64,000 nt of DNA from Octopus vulgaris (taxonomy: Eukaryota): the NCBI GenBank assembly GCA_951406725.2, contig OX597815.1, forward strand, positions 107,756,001-107,820,000, in the 5' to 3' direction. The stretch's first letter is position 1; each line of letters starts with the position of its first letter. The notes under the pieces are model-generated. The model did not search any database and was not told the DNA's origin. It saw only the letters and a list, made by a program, of their open reading frames with translations. Positions 38,720-51,656 of this stretch are shown here, piece after piece. The translations under genes and the position numbers were made by a program.

Positions 38720-39111
38720 ATTGAGCTTTTCAACTATACCATATTGGAAGCGCCTGTCTAAGTAAAAATATTGTCTACAAGTGCCTTGTTATAGCACCAT
38801 GCTACCACCAAGCAAGGGTATATATTGGCGGCACTGTACATTTCAAGCTCTGCTACCATGCACACATGAACTCTTTCTCCAATCCAAATTCTGAATTATC
38901 AACCTCCTTAGCAACTTATATACACAATTTTAAATCTCAAAATATTATATGCACCCTATCCTGGTCCATAGTAAGTGAGGCTCATCCACACAAGGCAAAC
39001 ATTGGCAAGTGTAAGTTATATCTAAAAGAATCATTAACCATTCTTTGCCTTCATAACTCTTCATTACTTCATAGATTCTCTGATGTAATTTATTCTTGTA
39101 AACACAAGTAA
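38720..39111 (+). pseudogene. Penelope GIY-YIG endonuclease domain
   Basis: GSACLSKNIVYKCLVIAPCYHQARVYIGGTVHFKLCYHAHMNSFSNP...STSLATYIHNFK...WSIVSEA...CKLYLKESLTIL...CKHK. Confidence 0.85.
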
Positions 39112-39257
39112 ATACTACCTCCTCTTATTCTTTCTCATACCCACATTTCCAAATTCTTCTAATCCACTACTTCCTACTTTCCTCTTAGCCTACCCACCCT
39201 CCCTACCTTCAAAAAGTACTTAACACTGCCCCACTATTTTGAAAACTAACCAATCTA

Positions 39258-39486
39258 TACATTATTTACATTTGACGGATATTTGTCCTCATTTTATTTA
39301 TTGTTAACACAACGTTTCAGCTGATATGCCCTCCAGCCTTCATCAGGTATCTTGGGGAAATTTCGAACCTGGATTCTCATTCCTAAGGTATTTTTTGATG
39401 TTGTTATTATTATTCAGGTCACTGCCTGGAATAGAACTTGGAATCTTGGGGTTAGCAGCCCACTCTCTTAACCACTATGCCATATC
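39258..39486 (-). mobile_element. tRNA-headed SINE with a hammerhead-like core in its 3' part
   Basis: Minus strand: A box TGGCATAGTGG, B box GTTCTATTCC, then gatac-CTGATGA-a-GGCTG gagggcatat CAGCT-GAAA-cg-TT-gtgtt (39306-39351). Confidence 0.75.
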
Positions 39487-39990
39487 TCTACCCCTCCCTA
39501 TTCACATACCTATATTCAATTTCATACACCTCTCCAAACCAAAATACCTGCCTCCAATACCAACCCAATTCCTTTGCCCCACTAACAACTACTATTTTGA
39601 CCACCTAGTCACCCCCACTCTCTCCACCTCTATCTTCTCTCATATCTCTCTACATACCTTACTAATCTCCCTCAGCCACTCAATTCCCTCAAATAATTGC
39701 CATTCCCATTGTCACTATCTCAACCTTTAACTCTATAGCCTTCATACAAACAAAGAGGTTACCATTCACATACTACCTAAACCACCCTTCCCTCTTCACC
39801 CACACTTCGACCTCAACTACTATGACCCTCTACTAGTCTCATTAAAAATCCCTAACACTGAAATTTATTTTCTCCTTCCATTACTCTCTATCTAAATATC
39901 TCCCAGCTTCTCCTTCTAATACACTTAGTTCTCCACAAAATCATTCCATATTTAACCACCTTTTTGTCAACAACTCAAGTGTAAAACTTC

Positions 39991-40085
39991 TTCCCTGAAG
40001 ATGGAGACTGGTATTATCCAATGATGAAGTCAATTTACAATCGTTATTTTGGACCACCAAGCCTCCAGAAACAGCTGTTAGACTC
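39991..40085 (+). ncRNA. Hammerhead-like motif in the Penelope pLTR
   Basis: CTGAAGA-TGGAG...TCCAA...TTGGA...CTCCA-GAAA-CAGCTG-TT; palindromic stem III; stem I poorly paired. Confidence 0.55.
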
Positions 40086-40424
40086 ATAAAACTTTTATTC
40101 AACCCCTTTAATTCCTGATATCATTTCTATTCTGTGTAAGTCGGACTTTTTTATATGTAAACATATGTACATGTTTTTGTATTTGATGTATTTAATATTT
40201 TTTGTATATCGACTTACTAAACTTGCTTATCCTTAGATTTACTTCTCTACCTCCTCAAGTTTAAACCTTTTGAATGCTATGAAGTGTATTCTATATGGGG
40301 AATATCTGTCTCTTATATACTATATATACTATATATGTATGTGTGTGTGCATGGATGTGTGTGTGCGTGCATGTGTGTGTGTGTGTCTGTATATATATAT
40401 ATATGTATATATGTATATATACAT

Positions 40425-40956
40425 ATCATTATCATCGTATAATGTCCGCTTTCCATGCTGGCATGGGTTGGACGATTTGAATGAGGACTGGCGAACCAGA
40501 TGGCTGCACCAGTCTCCAATCTAATCTAGTAGAGATTCTACAGCTGGATGCCCTTCCTAATGCCAACCACTCCGAGAGTGTAGTGAGTGCTTTTATGTGC
40601 CACCGTGTGGGAGCCAGTCAGGTGCTACTGGCAATGACCTCACTCAAATATTTTTTCACGTGCCAGTAAGGCGACTCTGGGAATGATCATGCTAGAGTGA
40701 TTTGTTTTTATGTGCCACTGGCATGGAAGCCAGTCAGCTGCTCTGGCAACGATCATGCTTGGATGGTGCTCTTAGTGATCCACTAGCACGGATACCAGTC
40801 ATTGAATTTGATTTCAGTTTCACTTGCCTCAATAGGTCTTTGCAAGCAGAGTTTAGTGTCCAATGAAAAAAAGGTATGCATAAGTGGGCTGGTTACATCC
40901 CTGGCATAGGCCATGGGTTATGGTCTCACTTGTCTTGCCGGGTCTTCTCAAGCACA

Positions 40957-40960
<4 letters not shown>
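40425..40960 (-). mobile_element. RTE 3' UTR with internal GGCAC..AAAAAGCAC repeats
   Basis: Same family as 59020-59472. Confidence 0.85.
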
Positions 40961-41007
<47 letters not shown>

Positions 41008-41100
41008 CATATATATATACATATGTATATGAATATACATATATATATATGTATATACATATGTATATATATATGTATACATATGTATATACGTACATAT

Positions 41101-41157
<57 letters not shown>

Positions 41158-41502
41158 TACATATATATGTATATATAACAAGTAAATGGATCTCTGTTGG
41201 ATGAAAAATATTCCAGATATTCTGTCAACTGAACTACCTATACATTGAATTATAGCATAAATAGCTAAGGATTGCACACAAGCACATTCATTGTTGATGT
41301 AATCCTCAAGCATGAGATAGAAGCTTTTTGAATTGCAGGCGCAATCCACCCAACATGCTTTCACATTTTCTATTAATCAAAATTCCTTCATGAGTTTAAC
41401 TGAGGCTGTAATAATAGACATTTATCCAAGACGTTACACTGTAAGGTCAAACTTGAAAGCATATGACTGTGAAGCAAACTTCTTACCCACTGGCCTAAGC
41501 TT

Positions 41503-41541
<39 letters not shown>

Positions 41542-41782
41542 TATATTAATAAATATAAGGGTAGTAAAAAATTCTAGAAAAAATTTTCCGCTACCAGCGG
41601 TCTAGTGAGAAAGAAAAAGTAGTCAAAGACTATATATTATACATTTAACAATATAAGGAATGGCCATATAGGACATTCGACTCACTAGAAAGAGCAGCCA
41701 AAACTTATACCGCTAAATAGTTGTAATTCTGAAATAGAAAGAGAAAAGAGAGTATATATATATATAAATATATATATATATA

Positions 41783-42203
41783 CTCTCTTTTCTCTCTTAC
41801 TCTCTTTTACTTGTTTCAGTCATTTGACTGCGGCCATGCTGGAGCACCACCTTCTAGTTGAGTAAATCGATCCCAGGACTTATTCTTTGTAAGCCTAGTA
41901 CTTATTCTATCAGTCTGTTTTGTTGAACTGCTAAGTTACGGGGACGTAAACACAATAGCATCGGTTGTCAAGCAATGGTGGGGGCACAAACACAGACACA
42001 CAAACATATACACACATACATATATATATATACATATATACGACGGGCTTCTTCCAGTTTCTGTCTACCAAATCCACTCACAAGGCTTTGGTCGGCCTGA
42101 GGCTATAGTAGAAGACACTTGTCCAAGATGCCACGCAGTGGGAATGAACCCGGAACCATGTGGTTGGTAAGCAAGCTACTTACCACACAGCCACTCCTGC
42201 ACC
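41783..42203 (-). mobile_element. Full-length SINE family A
   Basis: Reverse-complement homolog of 27706-28118, CpG-rich. Confidence 0.92.
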
Positions 42204-42235
<32 letters not shown>

Positions 42236-42254
42236 CATTTACATATATATATAT

Positions 42255-42466
42255 GAGTGGGTGCTGAAAAGTTTGTGGCTTTAAGGGTATTGCAAAAGGC
42301 CTGGCTGGAGGCCCAAATTCTGAGTTCTCTACAGGGCTTAGAAAAACTCAAGGACCACAGTAGTAAGTGCGTGAATCTGAGAGGAGAATATGTTGAATAA
42401 AATCATAATTAACTGATCTTCCTCTATTTTCTTATGCCCAAAGCCAGGAACTTTTCAACACCTAGT
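42255..42466 (+). mobile_element. mariner-derived MITE
   Basis: TIRs ggtgctgaaaagtttgtggcttt / aaagccaggaacttttcaacacc; internal KCVNLRGEYVE* remnant. Confidence 0.8.
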
Positions 42467-43736
42467 GTGTTTATCCTTCCTGTAAATTCAAAATCTGCAG
42501 CCATTAATCCGGACATGTTTTTTTCTCTCCATTTTTTCCCTCTCTCCAAATGTTTTCTCTCCTTATTCTTGTCTGTAGAAAAAGCATTGGCTTCAAATGT
42601 CAAAGAATTCTTCCATTTTTCCTGAGCATGAAGCTAATTCACCCTGTTTGTTGTTCCCTCACCCATCTCTGTCATTTGTTTTTTTGTATAATTTTGAACT
42701 ATATGTGTGTATGTGTATATGAATATATCTATACATAGATACACATGTTTATGTGTGTGCATCTGCGCATTTGTTTGTTGTGTGTGTGTGTTCATATGTA
42801 AGTATATATGTGTATGAGTGCATCAAAATATGTTTGCACAAAATTCACTTGTTATTTTGGAAATATAATGATCAATAATCAATAATATATAATACACAGC
42901 TTGAAAAGTTATGGGAAATATGTTTGAAAACCTATATCTAGTCTTTATACATATTGGACAATTGAAGAATAAAAGGCTGCTTCTATTCTATGTTCATTTG
43001 TGTTAGAAGGTGACATTTATATTCTCTCTGTTATTTAAACAGTCTATAATAGAAATTTTAAAAAATAATTTGTCAACACAAAATCACTTTGAATTAAAAT
43101 TTGTTCGTCAAAATATTTTTCTCTTTCCTTTGTTTATTTGTTTTGTTGTTTGAGAAAAAGAAAAGAAAATTAATTTAATGAGATATAAGCATCTCTTTTA
43201 GATAATATCTTTACCATTTTTTTCTTTTTAGATGATATTCCTACTTGCACTGAACAAACCAAAACGAAACTATACACATAATAATAATGATGTTCATTGC
43301 ATTGACATGCCACACAAAGATTCTGTTGCCTGACTAATAAAAACTATAAGTTAATTAGCCATAATAAAATATCAGCTAACTCTAAATGATCAACATAAAT
43401 GATAATCTAAATGTCGTTGCTTACAAATATTTAGACAAGATATTAACTCATTCTCTGTACTTGGTTCTTTCTGGATGTGTATTTACAAAATGAAGAAGAA
43501 AAAAAAAGACAAGTAAAACAGTAAAATACAATGAAACATGTTTTACTTCAATGCTGGTTTTCTACAGTAACATATAGTGACAAACTGATTTTGGAGCATT
43601 TAATTTATTTTAATGTTTATGTATTTTAGTATTAAAATGCTGCTGAGTGATAAAAACTGACTCAACATGCCTCATATGATTTCAAGATTAATATCATGTA
43701 CACCATGTATATGCTATTAATAACTTGTACACGTTA

Positions 43737-44089
43737 GGCACAGGCATGACTGTAAAGGAGTTTGCTTTCCAACCACATGGTCCTGGGTTTGGTCCTACCG
43801 CATGGCACTTTGGCAAGCCTTGTGAGTGGATTTGGTTGATGGAAGCTGAAAGAAGCCTGTCGTATGTGTGTGTGTGTATTGTGTTGTCCTCTATCACAAT
43901 TTGGTTTGGTGTTGGTTTGTTTACATCCTCATAACTTAGTGGTTTGGTAAAACAGACCAATGGAATACATACCAGGCTTTAAAAAGAAAAAGTACTGTGG
44001 TCAACTTGTTCAATTAAAATTCCTCAAGGCGGTGCCCCAGTATGGCTGCAGTCTAATGGCTGATACAAGCAAAAGAAAGAAGATAAAAA
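43737..44089 (+). mobile_element. SINE family A, older copy
   Basis: Homologous to 27706-28118 including the GGCGGTGCCCCAGTATGGCTGCAGTC tail. Confidence 0.85.
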
Positions 44090-44999
44090 GCCAGTCCTTT
44101 TTGTAAATAACATTATTACTATTAAATAAAAAGCCTTTGTGCTGTGCTGGAAATGTGCATGGTTAAACTTGGTAATCATTGTTAATCATAAATAAAAAGT
44201 TCTGATTTTGGACAATTTCACGACATACCTACATAATAGTGTAACAGACAGGTTGGGAAAATCTGATGTAAAAGTGGTCAGATGGGCAGGTAAAGTAGCA
44301 GACAATCAGCTGAGAGTTTGATTGTTCATATCCTATCCTCAGCAGTGTATTTTTTTCAGTACCCAGGAACACTTAACTCTCAAATGGCACAACTCACAGA
44401 ATCATACATATGTACTAATGGGTTAGAAAAAGATGTTGCTCTAAGTATCACCAGCTTCTGTTGTTCTGCTTAACTCCAGGTCACTACTGATTTAGCAGAA
44501 TTAAGATAATTTCAGTTATAATCATCCTGTCTTTTTCGAGATCTGTAGGATCCTAAGATATTTAATGCACTCTTGCCTTACTCAAGGTAGTTATGTGTGA
44601 TTTGATGTGAATGTGGCTACTTTTGCTGTAAGGTCAAATGACCATATAGAAGCTCTTTCATTGGCTCATGATTCAATAGTTCTAGAAAAAAACATTCCCA
44701 AGTTTGTTTATTTTGCAATATAGAGATCAGTTCCTTGTGTAGGCCTGGAAAACACCATGGGAAATCACTCCAATGTAATCTTTTAATTTACATGAGGACC
44801 AGTTCTCCAAAGGTGCTTCCTAATCAACAAGGCTACAAGACACTCTGGAATTTGAACTCAGAATGCAAGCAGCCATAATCAAACCTTACTTGGCACTTTC
44901 AGCAATGTTCTACTGATCTTGTTAAACCAATCTTTTTAGAAACATATAATAATTGTGTATGACCATACAACTCCTTTCGCAGGATATTATATAATTTCT

Positions 45000-45262
45000 T
45001 TAATTAAAAAGACTTGTCAGTCTGTTTCATGGCCCCAGCAGACAGACTGAAGAAGGTGTTGCCCCAGAGGATGACAAGGGAGACATGTTGACACAACCAC
45101 TCCAAATCATGGGGCTTGCACTTGCAGATAACTATCTCTGTCTTGATAGCAGTGAGTAGGAATGTAGTCCAGGGACCAAGACTGCCAGAGATCTCCACTG
45201 CCACAGGCTCGATCACAAACCTGTCAGAGAGCACCTGATACTTTGGCCATTTGCCCTCTTCT
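45000..45262 (-). mobile_element. CRE-like non-LTR retrotransposon, restriction-like endonuclease C-terminus
   Basis: KYQVLSDRFVIEPVAVEISGSLGPWTTFLL...WLCQHVSLVILWGN resembles the motif KY..L...F.PxAVETxGxxGP....L.QRxSxxIQRGN. Confidence 0.7.
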
Positions 45263-45318
45263 GCAAACTGTATATGTGTACTATATTTTTTCTATATATT
45301 TCTGTTGTATATATTTGA

Positions 45319-45402
45319 TCTATATTTGTTCTGTATGTCTTCTATATTTGTTCTGTATGTCTTCTATATTTGTTCTGTATGTCTTCTATATTTGTTCTGT
45401 AT
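45319..45402. repeat. 22-bp minisatellite tctatatttgttctgtatgtct, ~3.8 copies
   Basis: Seen directly. Confidence 0.9.
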
Positions 45403-45992
45403 ATTTCTGACAAAATATATAGAGTATACATATTAAAATAGTAATCTACTAAGACATCTCTTTAGTAAGACTACGTAAGGTAATGCAAACGGATGTACCA
45501 ATTGTGACGGAAACACAGGTTCTAGATTGCATTTTTGGACCTTAAATCTTGCTTAAGTTCCAATTAACTTTTGTTATCATATTTCTTTTGAAAAACATTA
45601 TGTTTCAAATATTTTTCAAATAATGAAGAATTTAACAAAACACCTTTCTCAAATACTAAGTTGTTGCTTAGGGCATAAAGTGACATGAAATTTTCATGGG
45701 AAGTTTTATTGCTGATCACTTTAAAATGGAAACCCTGTATTATAGAGCCAGGGTGGTGCTAAGCAGATTGGCATCAAAAACGTTAAACAGTATACGCAAA
45801 TATAAAATGAATTCTATCAACTTTGCTTTGTAGTTAGTTAAAATAATTAAATTAGCTAACTCAGTGGAAAAAATTAGTGAACAGTTTTGAGATAGCAAAA
45901 ATTTCTAGTGTCCTTTGTACTTATTTTTTCCTTTTCTGAACGTCAAGAGAAGTCTAATAAAATTACTCTAGAACTTTTTCAGCCTCATCATG

Positions 45993-46023
<31 letters not shown>

Positions 46024-46100
46024 TGTATGTATGTATGTATGTATGTATGTATGTATGCATGCAAGTATGAATGTATGCATGTATGTTGTTTGTGTGCGTG

Positions 46101-46132
<32 letters not shown>

Positions 46133-46429
46133 TATGCATAAATATATATACATATATTACATATATATATATAGATACATATAAAAATACATAATATATA
46201 TGTGTATATACATATGTGTGTGTGTGCATATGTGTATTACATGTGTGTGTCTCTGTCTGTGTATATATGTATGCATGTGAGTGTACATGTGTGTTTGTGC
46301 ATGTATATATATGTGTGTGCAATATCCCAGGACTAACAAGGCCTTGGCCTTGTTATCTTATTTTATTTAACACACACACACACACACACACACATAGACA
46401 CATAAGAGGTGTCGCAATATTGGAGGGAG

Positions 46430-47365
46430 GTTAACAGGGAATACAGCTTTTGTGTGTGACAGATGTACAGGTCCAGTAAACACTAGAGATGCACAGAAAG
46501 TAGACTCCATCAAATGTCAAGGGGGACACCTAGAAGTGGTTGATGGCTTCCGTTATCTAGGTGATCAAGTCAGCAGTGGAGGTGGATGTTCCAAGTGTGT
46601 AGCTGCTTGAATAAGAATAGGCTGGGCAAAGTTTAGAGAGCTTTTACCTTTGTTGGTAACTAAGGGCCTTTCCCTTAGAGTGAAAGACAGATTGTATAAT
46701 GCCTGTGTGCAAACAGCCATGCTACATGGCAGTGAATCAAAGGCTGTTACTGCTGAGGACATGCATAGAAATGAAGCTAGTATGCTTCGCTGGATGTGCA
46801 ATGTCAGTGTGCATGTACAACAGAGTATAAGCATCTTGAGAGAAAAGTTGGGCATAAGAGGCATCAGATGTGGTATGCCAGAGAGATGACTGTGCTGGTA
46901 TGGTCATGTGATGCATATGGACGGGGACAGCAGCATTAAAAAGTGCTGATCTCTAACTATGAAGAAGAACTTGTGCAAGAGGTTGACCCAGTAAAACATG
47001 GAACGAGGTGGTGAAGCATGGTCTTAGAATGTTGGGCCTCACAGAAGCGATGATAAGTAATCAAGACCTTTGGTGATATGCTGTGCTTGAGAAGATTCAT
47101 CAAGCCAAGTGAAATCATAGTCGTGACTGATGCTGGTGTCATGTAACTGGCACCCATGCTGGTGGCACATAAAAGCACCCATGCCATTGACATGGAAAAA
47201 GCATCTATTACATTCTTGGAGCAGTTGGTGTTAAGAAGGGCATTCAGCAGTAGAAACCATGCCAAACCAGTCTGGAACCTGGTGCAGCTATCTGACTTAC
47301 TAGTTCCAGTCAAACCATTTAACCTATGCCAGAATGAAAAGCAGACACTAAATGATAATGATAAT
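46430..47365 (+). mobile_element. RTE LINE 3' ~900 bp (ORF2 end, UTR and tail)
   Basis: LEVVDGFRYLGDQ...IRIGWAKFRELLPLL...LYNACVQTAMLHGSE...EASMLRWM...LCWYGHVMHM, then the UTR shared with the many (GAT)n-tailed copies. Confidence 0.92.
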
Positions 47366-47378
47366 GATAAATATATAT

Positions 47379-47771
47379 GAGGGAATGCTGGAAAGTTCCT
47401 TGATTTGGGTTAAAGAAAATACAGGAGGATCAGTTAATTATTATTTTATTCAAAATAGCACATAAAAATCACTCAGTACACTCTGTAAAGTGGTTGGCAT
47501 TAGGAAGGGCATCCAACTGTACAAACCATGTCACAACAGACAATTGGAGTCCGGACAGCTCTCTCGTTGGCCAGCTCCCGTCCAGCAGTCCAACTCATGC
47601 CACCATGGAAAATGGATGTTAATTATGATGATGAGGATACTCTCCTCTCAAATCCATACACTTATTGCAGCAGTCCTTCAGTTTTCCTCAGCCCTGATAA
47701 AGAACTCAGAAGGCTGGGCCTCCAGCCAGGCCTTTTGCCTTAAAGCCAAGAAATTTTCAGCACACCTTTGT
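47379..47771 (-). mobile_element. mariner-derived MITE interrupted by an RTE tail (~47455-47635)
   Basis: The two halves match 42255-42466 in reverse; another fragment lies at ~48295-48371. Confidence 0.75.
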
Positions 47772-47794
47772 ATGTATATTTATATATACATATT

Positions 47795-47954
47795 CTTTTA
47801 TTCCTTCATTTGTTTCAGCCATTTGACTTATTCTTTGTAAACTTGGTACTTATTCTATTGGACTCTTTTGCCGAACAGCTCAGTTATGGGAATGTAAAAA
47901 CACTGACATTTGGTACTCAAGCAATGGTGGTAGACAAACACAGACACAAAGGCA

Positions 47955-48000
<46 letters not shown>

Positions 48001-48174
48001 AACATGTATAAGACAGGCTTCTTTCAGTTTCGGTCTACCAAATCCACTCACAAGTCTTTGGTTGGCCCCAGACCATAGTAGAAGACATTTACCCAAGGTG
48101 CCACACAGTGGGACTGAACCCAGAACCATGTGGTTGGGAAGCAAGCTTCTTACCACACAGCCACACCTGTGCCC
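47795..48174 (-). mobile_element. SINE family A
   Basis: Homolog of 41783-42203 with a 3' internal deletion. Confidence 0.88.
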
Positions 48175-48369
48175 CTATATATATATTATATATTACATAC
48201 ATATACAAACATGAATATATATACATATACATACATACATACATATATACGTACATTTACATATACGTATATATATATGTATATATATACACATACCTTG
48301 GAAGTTTGGGCTGCCAATCAGGCCTTTCACAATGCCCTTAAAGCCAAAAATTTTTCATCAGCACCCCCT

Positions 48370-48402
<33 letters not shown>

Positions 48403-49144
48403 GTGTGTGTGTGTGTGTATGTGTGTGTGTATTATATATGTATGAGTATGTATGTATATGTGTGTGTTTAACTTACATTTATGTGTCTTCAATAGAATCC
48501 CTTTGGTATAAGTGGTGACATTGCTGTCATTTCAACTTTGAAAATCTGGAATAAAATATGCCTTACCCCAAAAATATATAAGAAAGCAACTGGAAGGGCA
48601 TCCAGCTGTAAAAACAATGGCTCAGTAATATATTTGTCTAACTCTCACTAGGATGGGAAAATGAACATAAAAACAAAATAATACTGAAATCACATTACCC
48701 GGTTACATTGTATTTAGAAACATTATTCACAGCTAAACATAAAACACTGAATCAATAAAAAGAACTAATTTTCACTTATACATAAAATATATTGAAATGG
48801 GTATCCAAAATTGTTAAGAACGACCATTTTAACCAGACATGAATTGTTAAATATCTCTTAGCAACTACCCTATTCTTGAAGTCCTCTTGTAGCTTATGAG
48901 CCATAAATCATATGACACTTTCTAGGATCGATTCAAAACTTACAAAGCGTGAGTTATATTGTGAACATCTACCACTGAATCATTAATATATCTTTTTAAC
49001 TGATATTGTTGTTCTTGTTCTAAAGGAACCTTTACTCAGCAGATGTGTGGCGTAAGGCACTCTAACCAGAAACCTCTTTTTTCCAAGTTAGAGATTTTAT
49101 GTATGTATGTATGTATGTCTGTCTGTCTGTCTGTCTGTCTGTCT

Positions 49145-49300
49145 TCCTTTCTATTGGACTTTACTCTGTTTCTGAAGGAGAGCAATGCTCAAAACGTTAA
49201 ACCATCTTTCTTTCCTTCCCTGAGTGTCTGCTAATACTTTACATGTACCACGTCCTCTCATTCTTGTTTTTTGTGTTTGTTCTTCTTTTTTTGGGATTTA
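49145..49300 (+). mobile_element. Penelope-like pLTR remnant with degenerate hammerhead
   Basis: ttt-CTGAAGG-a-GAGC aat GCTC-AAAA-cgt-TA-aac (49168-49203); homolog of 11730-11905. Confidence 0.55.
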
Positions 49301-49301
49301 C

Positions 49302-49341
<40 letters not shown>

Positions 49342-49359
49342 CATATATATATACATATA

Positions 49360-50100
49360 TAGGTCTAATAGAGCAAAATATGAACAAGCGGTTGTAAAGT
49401 ATCAAATCAATTTATAGCATATTTATATAACATATTACACTAGCTTTGGCTGTATATACACTAATATTGGTATGAATTTATATAACATACTGAGGAGGAA
49501 ACAAAGATGTATGAGCATATATAATAATATAGAAGAAAACCAGCAAAAATTCAGAAGCTGGATGTTCAAAGTGATTTGGTATAGACAGGTATACTCCAGG
49601 ATCAGACAGGAAAATGTTTGAGAAGTCCTTAGTGACGATTTGGCCTAGATGAGTGAGTTAAATCTATGGGATCACTAAAGAAAAACTCACTAGTAATGGA
49701 TAGAAAAGGAGCAGATAGTACCTTACAGTTGTTTCCAGCAGTATGGAATATGGTATGCAACCAATCTCATCATTAGAAGAAGAAGGCATATAGCAGCTGG
49801 GGAAATGGAGAATGCTTATATAGGGAGGTAAATAGATCTATGGTCTAATTGGAAGAGGAAGATATAGTGATGACATGTACTAGGTGGTTAGTGAGGATAA
49901 ATATACAGAGACAGATATCTGTTGGATTGAGGGGTGTTTACTAGAAGGGAATGAAAAAGGAGAGGAGTAGGGTGAGAATGGAGGGAGAATGGAGGGAGAA
50001 TGTTGGGTGGGGAAGATGATAAAGAGATGATAAGGAGTAGTGACAGTGAATGCAAATGATAGAAGCTTCAGTTTGATGGTATAGAAGGTAATGGGGATTA
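49360..50100 (-). mobile_element. Probable Penelope-like 3' end
   Basis: Purine-rich on the plus strand (mirror of the C/T-rich UTR at 39110-39960); minus strand tctt-CTAATGA...GAAA-CAACTG-TA-agg at 49721-49780. Confidence 0.4.
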
Positions 50101-50760
50101 TGTTTTAAGATTTGATAGATTTTTTTATTATAGAGATTACTGGGAGCCCTAATGAAGCCTTCTTCTATTAATGATTGATCAAGTGATACTGTATGAATGA
50201 TAGCATCCCAAACAGTATTACCCAGTCAATCATCATCACAATCCACATCCTCATCATTTAATGTCTGTTTTCCATGCTGGCTTGGGTTAGACGATTTGAC
50301 AGCAGCTGACCAGCTGAAGGTCTGTAGCATGGTTTCTATGGCTGGATGTTCTTCCAAGCACCAACCACTTTAGAGAGTATAATGGGTGCTTTTATGCAGC
50401 ACTGGTATAGGTGTTTTTTTTATGTTGCACTAGCACTTACAAGCCTGCAAGATTAAGGATGCTCAACTGGAGAGGGTCACAAGGGACAAGGCTGTGTATA
50501 AGAGCAACTATGCTTTTACTTAGCATGACATGTCTTTTCAAGTACAGCAAACTGCCAGGTGTCTCGGTCCCCTGTCAACCCCTCTGAGTCCCAATCATTA
50601 ATATAATATCTATTAACTTTGATCAAGCTTTATTTTAAAAGGATTAAAATGATATGAATGCATTTACTTGACCTGCTAACAAGAGCAGCCAAATCATCTT
50701 TAAGTCATGCACTAATGTCTTAAAACAAAAAGGTAAGTCACATTAGATAACGTCTTAGAT

Positions 50761-51187
50761 CAGTGATTCTCAACCATTTTTTAACTAGGGACCCCTTTGA
50801 TTCCTTTTTTTACTCTCCTTGACCTCCATAGCCATTCAATGTTTATAAAAGAAAATCCTACTGCATCTTCATTATTGAATATTATTAGAAATTGTCAGTT
50901 AGCATGTTCAGCTGCTAACATTCTGAGTTCAAATTCTGCTGAGGTCGACTTTGCTTTTCATCTTTTTGAAGTCAATAAAATAAATTCTAGTTGATTACTG
51001 TGGTCGATGTAATCAACCTGCACCCTTCCATGAAACTGTTTGTCTTGTGCCAAAATTTGAAATCAATATTATTAAGAATTGTATAAAAAATTGTTATAAT
51101 ATTCTGTGTAGTTTAGAAGTATAATCAATTTACTACACATAAATGTTCACAACAAAATCTTATATGAACCACAGTTGAGAACCACTG
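50761..51187. mobile_element. hAT (Charlie/Buster-type) MITE containing a SINE B insertion (~50895-51070)
   Basis: TIRs CAGTGATTCTCAAC / GTTGAGAACCACTG; 8-bp TSD tcttagat / ccttagat. Confidence 0.88.
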
Positions 51188-51277
51188 CCTTAGATAATCA
51201 GTCCTAGATACACAATATATAGTATGAAAGTAGGTTGATCATGGCTGGAACAATGTTGATCACATGTCTGTTTATCG

Positions 51278-51656
51278 TGGCACTCTGTTGGTTATGATGA
51301 CGAAGGTTTCAGTTGATCTGTTCAATGGAACAGCCTGTTTGCGAAATTAACATGCAAGTGGCTGAGCACTACACAGACACATGTACCCTTAATGTAGTCC
51401 TCAGAGAGATTCAACGTGACAGAGTGTGACAAAGCTGGCCCTTTGAAATACAGGTACAGCAGAAACAGGAAGAAAGAGTGAAAGAAAGTTGTGGTGAAAG
51501 AGTACAGCAGGGTTTGCCACCACACCCTGCTGGAGCCTCGTGGGGCTTTAGGTGTTTTTGCTCAATAAACACTCACAATACCTGGTCTGGGAATCGAAAC
51601 CACAATCCTATGACCACGAGTCCACTGCCCTTAACCACTGGGTCATTGCACCTCCA
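51278..51656 (-). mobile_element. tRNA-derived SINE family D variant
   Basis: Reverse complement TGACCCAGTGGTTAAGG...GGTTTCGATTCCC; 3' body shared with 26006-26190. Confidence 0.8.

Larger units (their letters stand above)
38550..40300 (+). mobile_element. Penelope-like retroelement 3' portion (GIY-YIG remnant, C/T-rich UTR, pLTR with hammerhead-like motif)
   Basis: See sub-features; bounded by (TA)n on the left and a TA/TG tract on the right. Confidence 0.75.
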
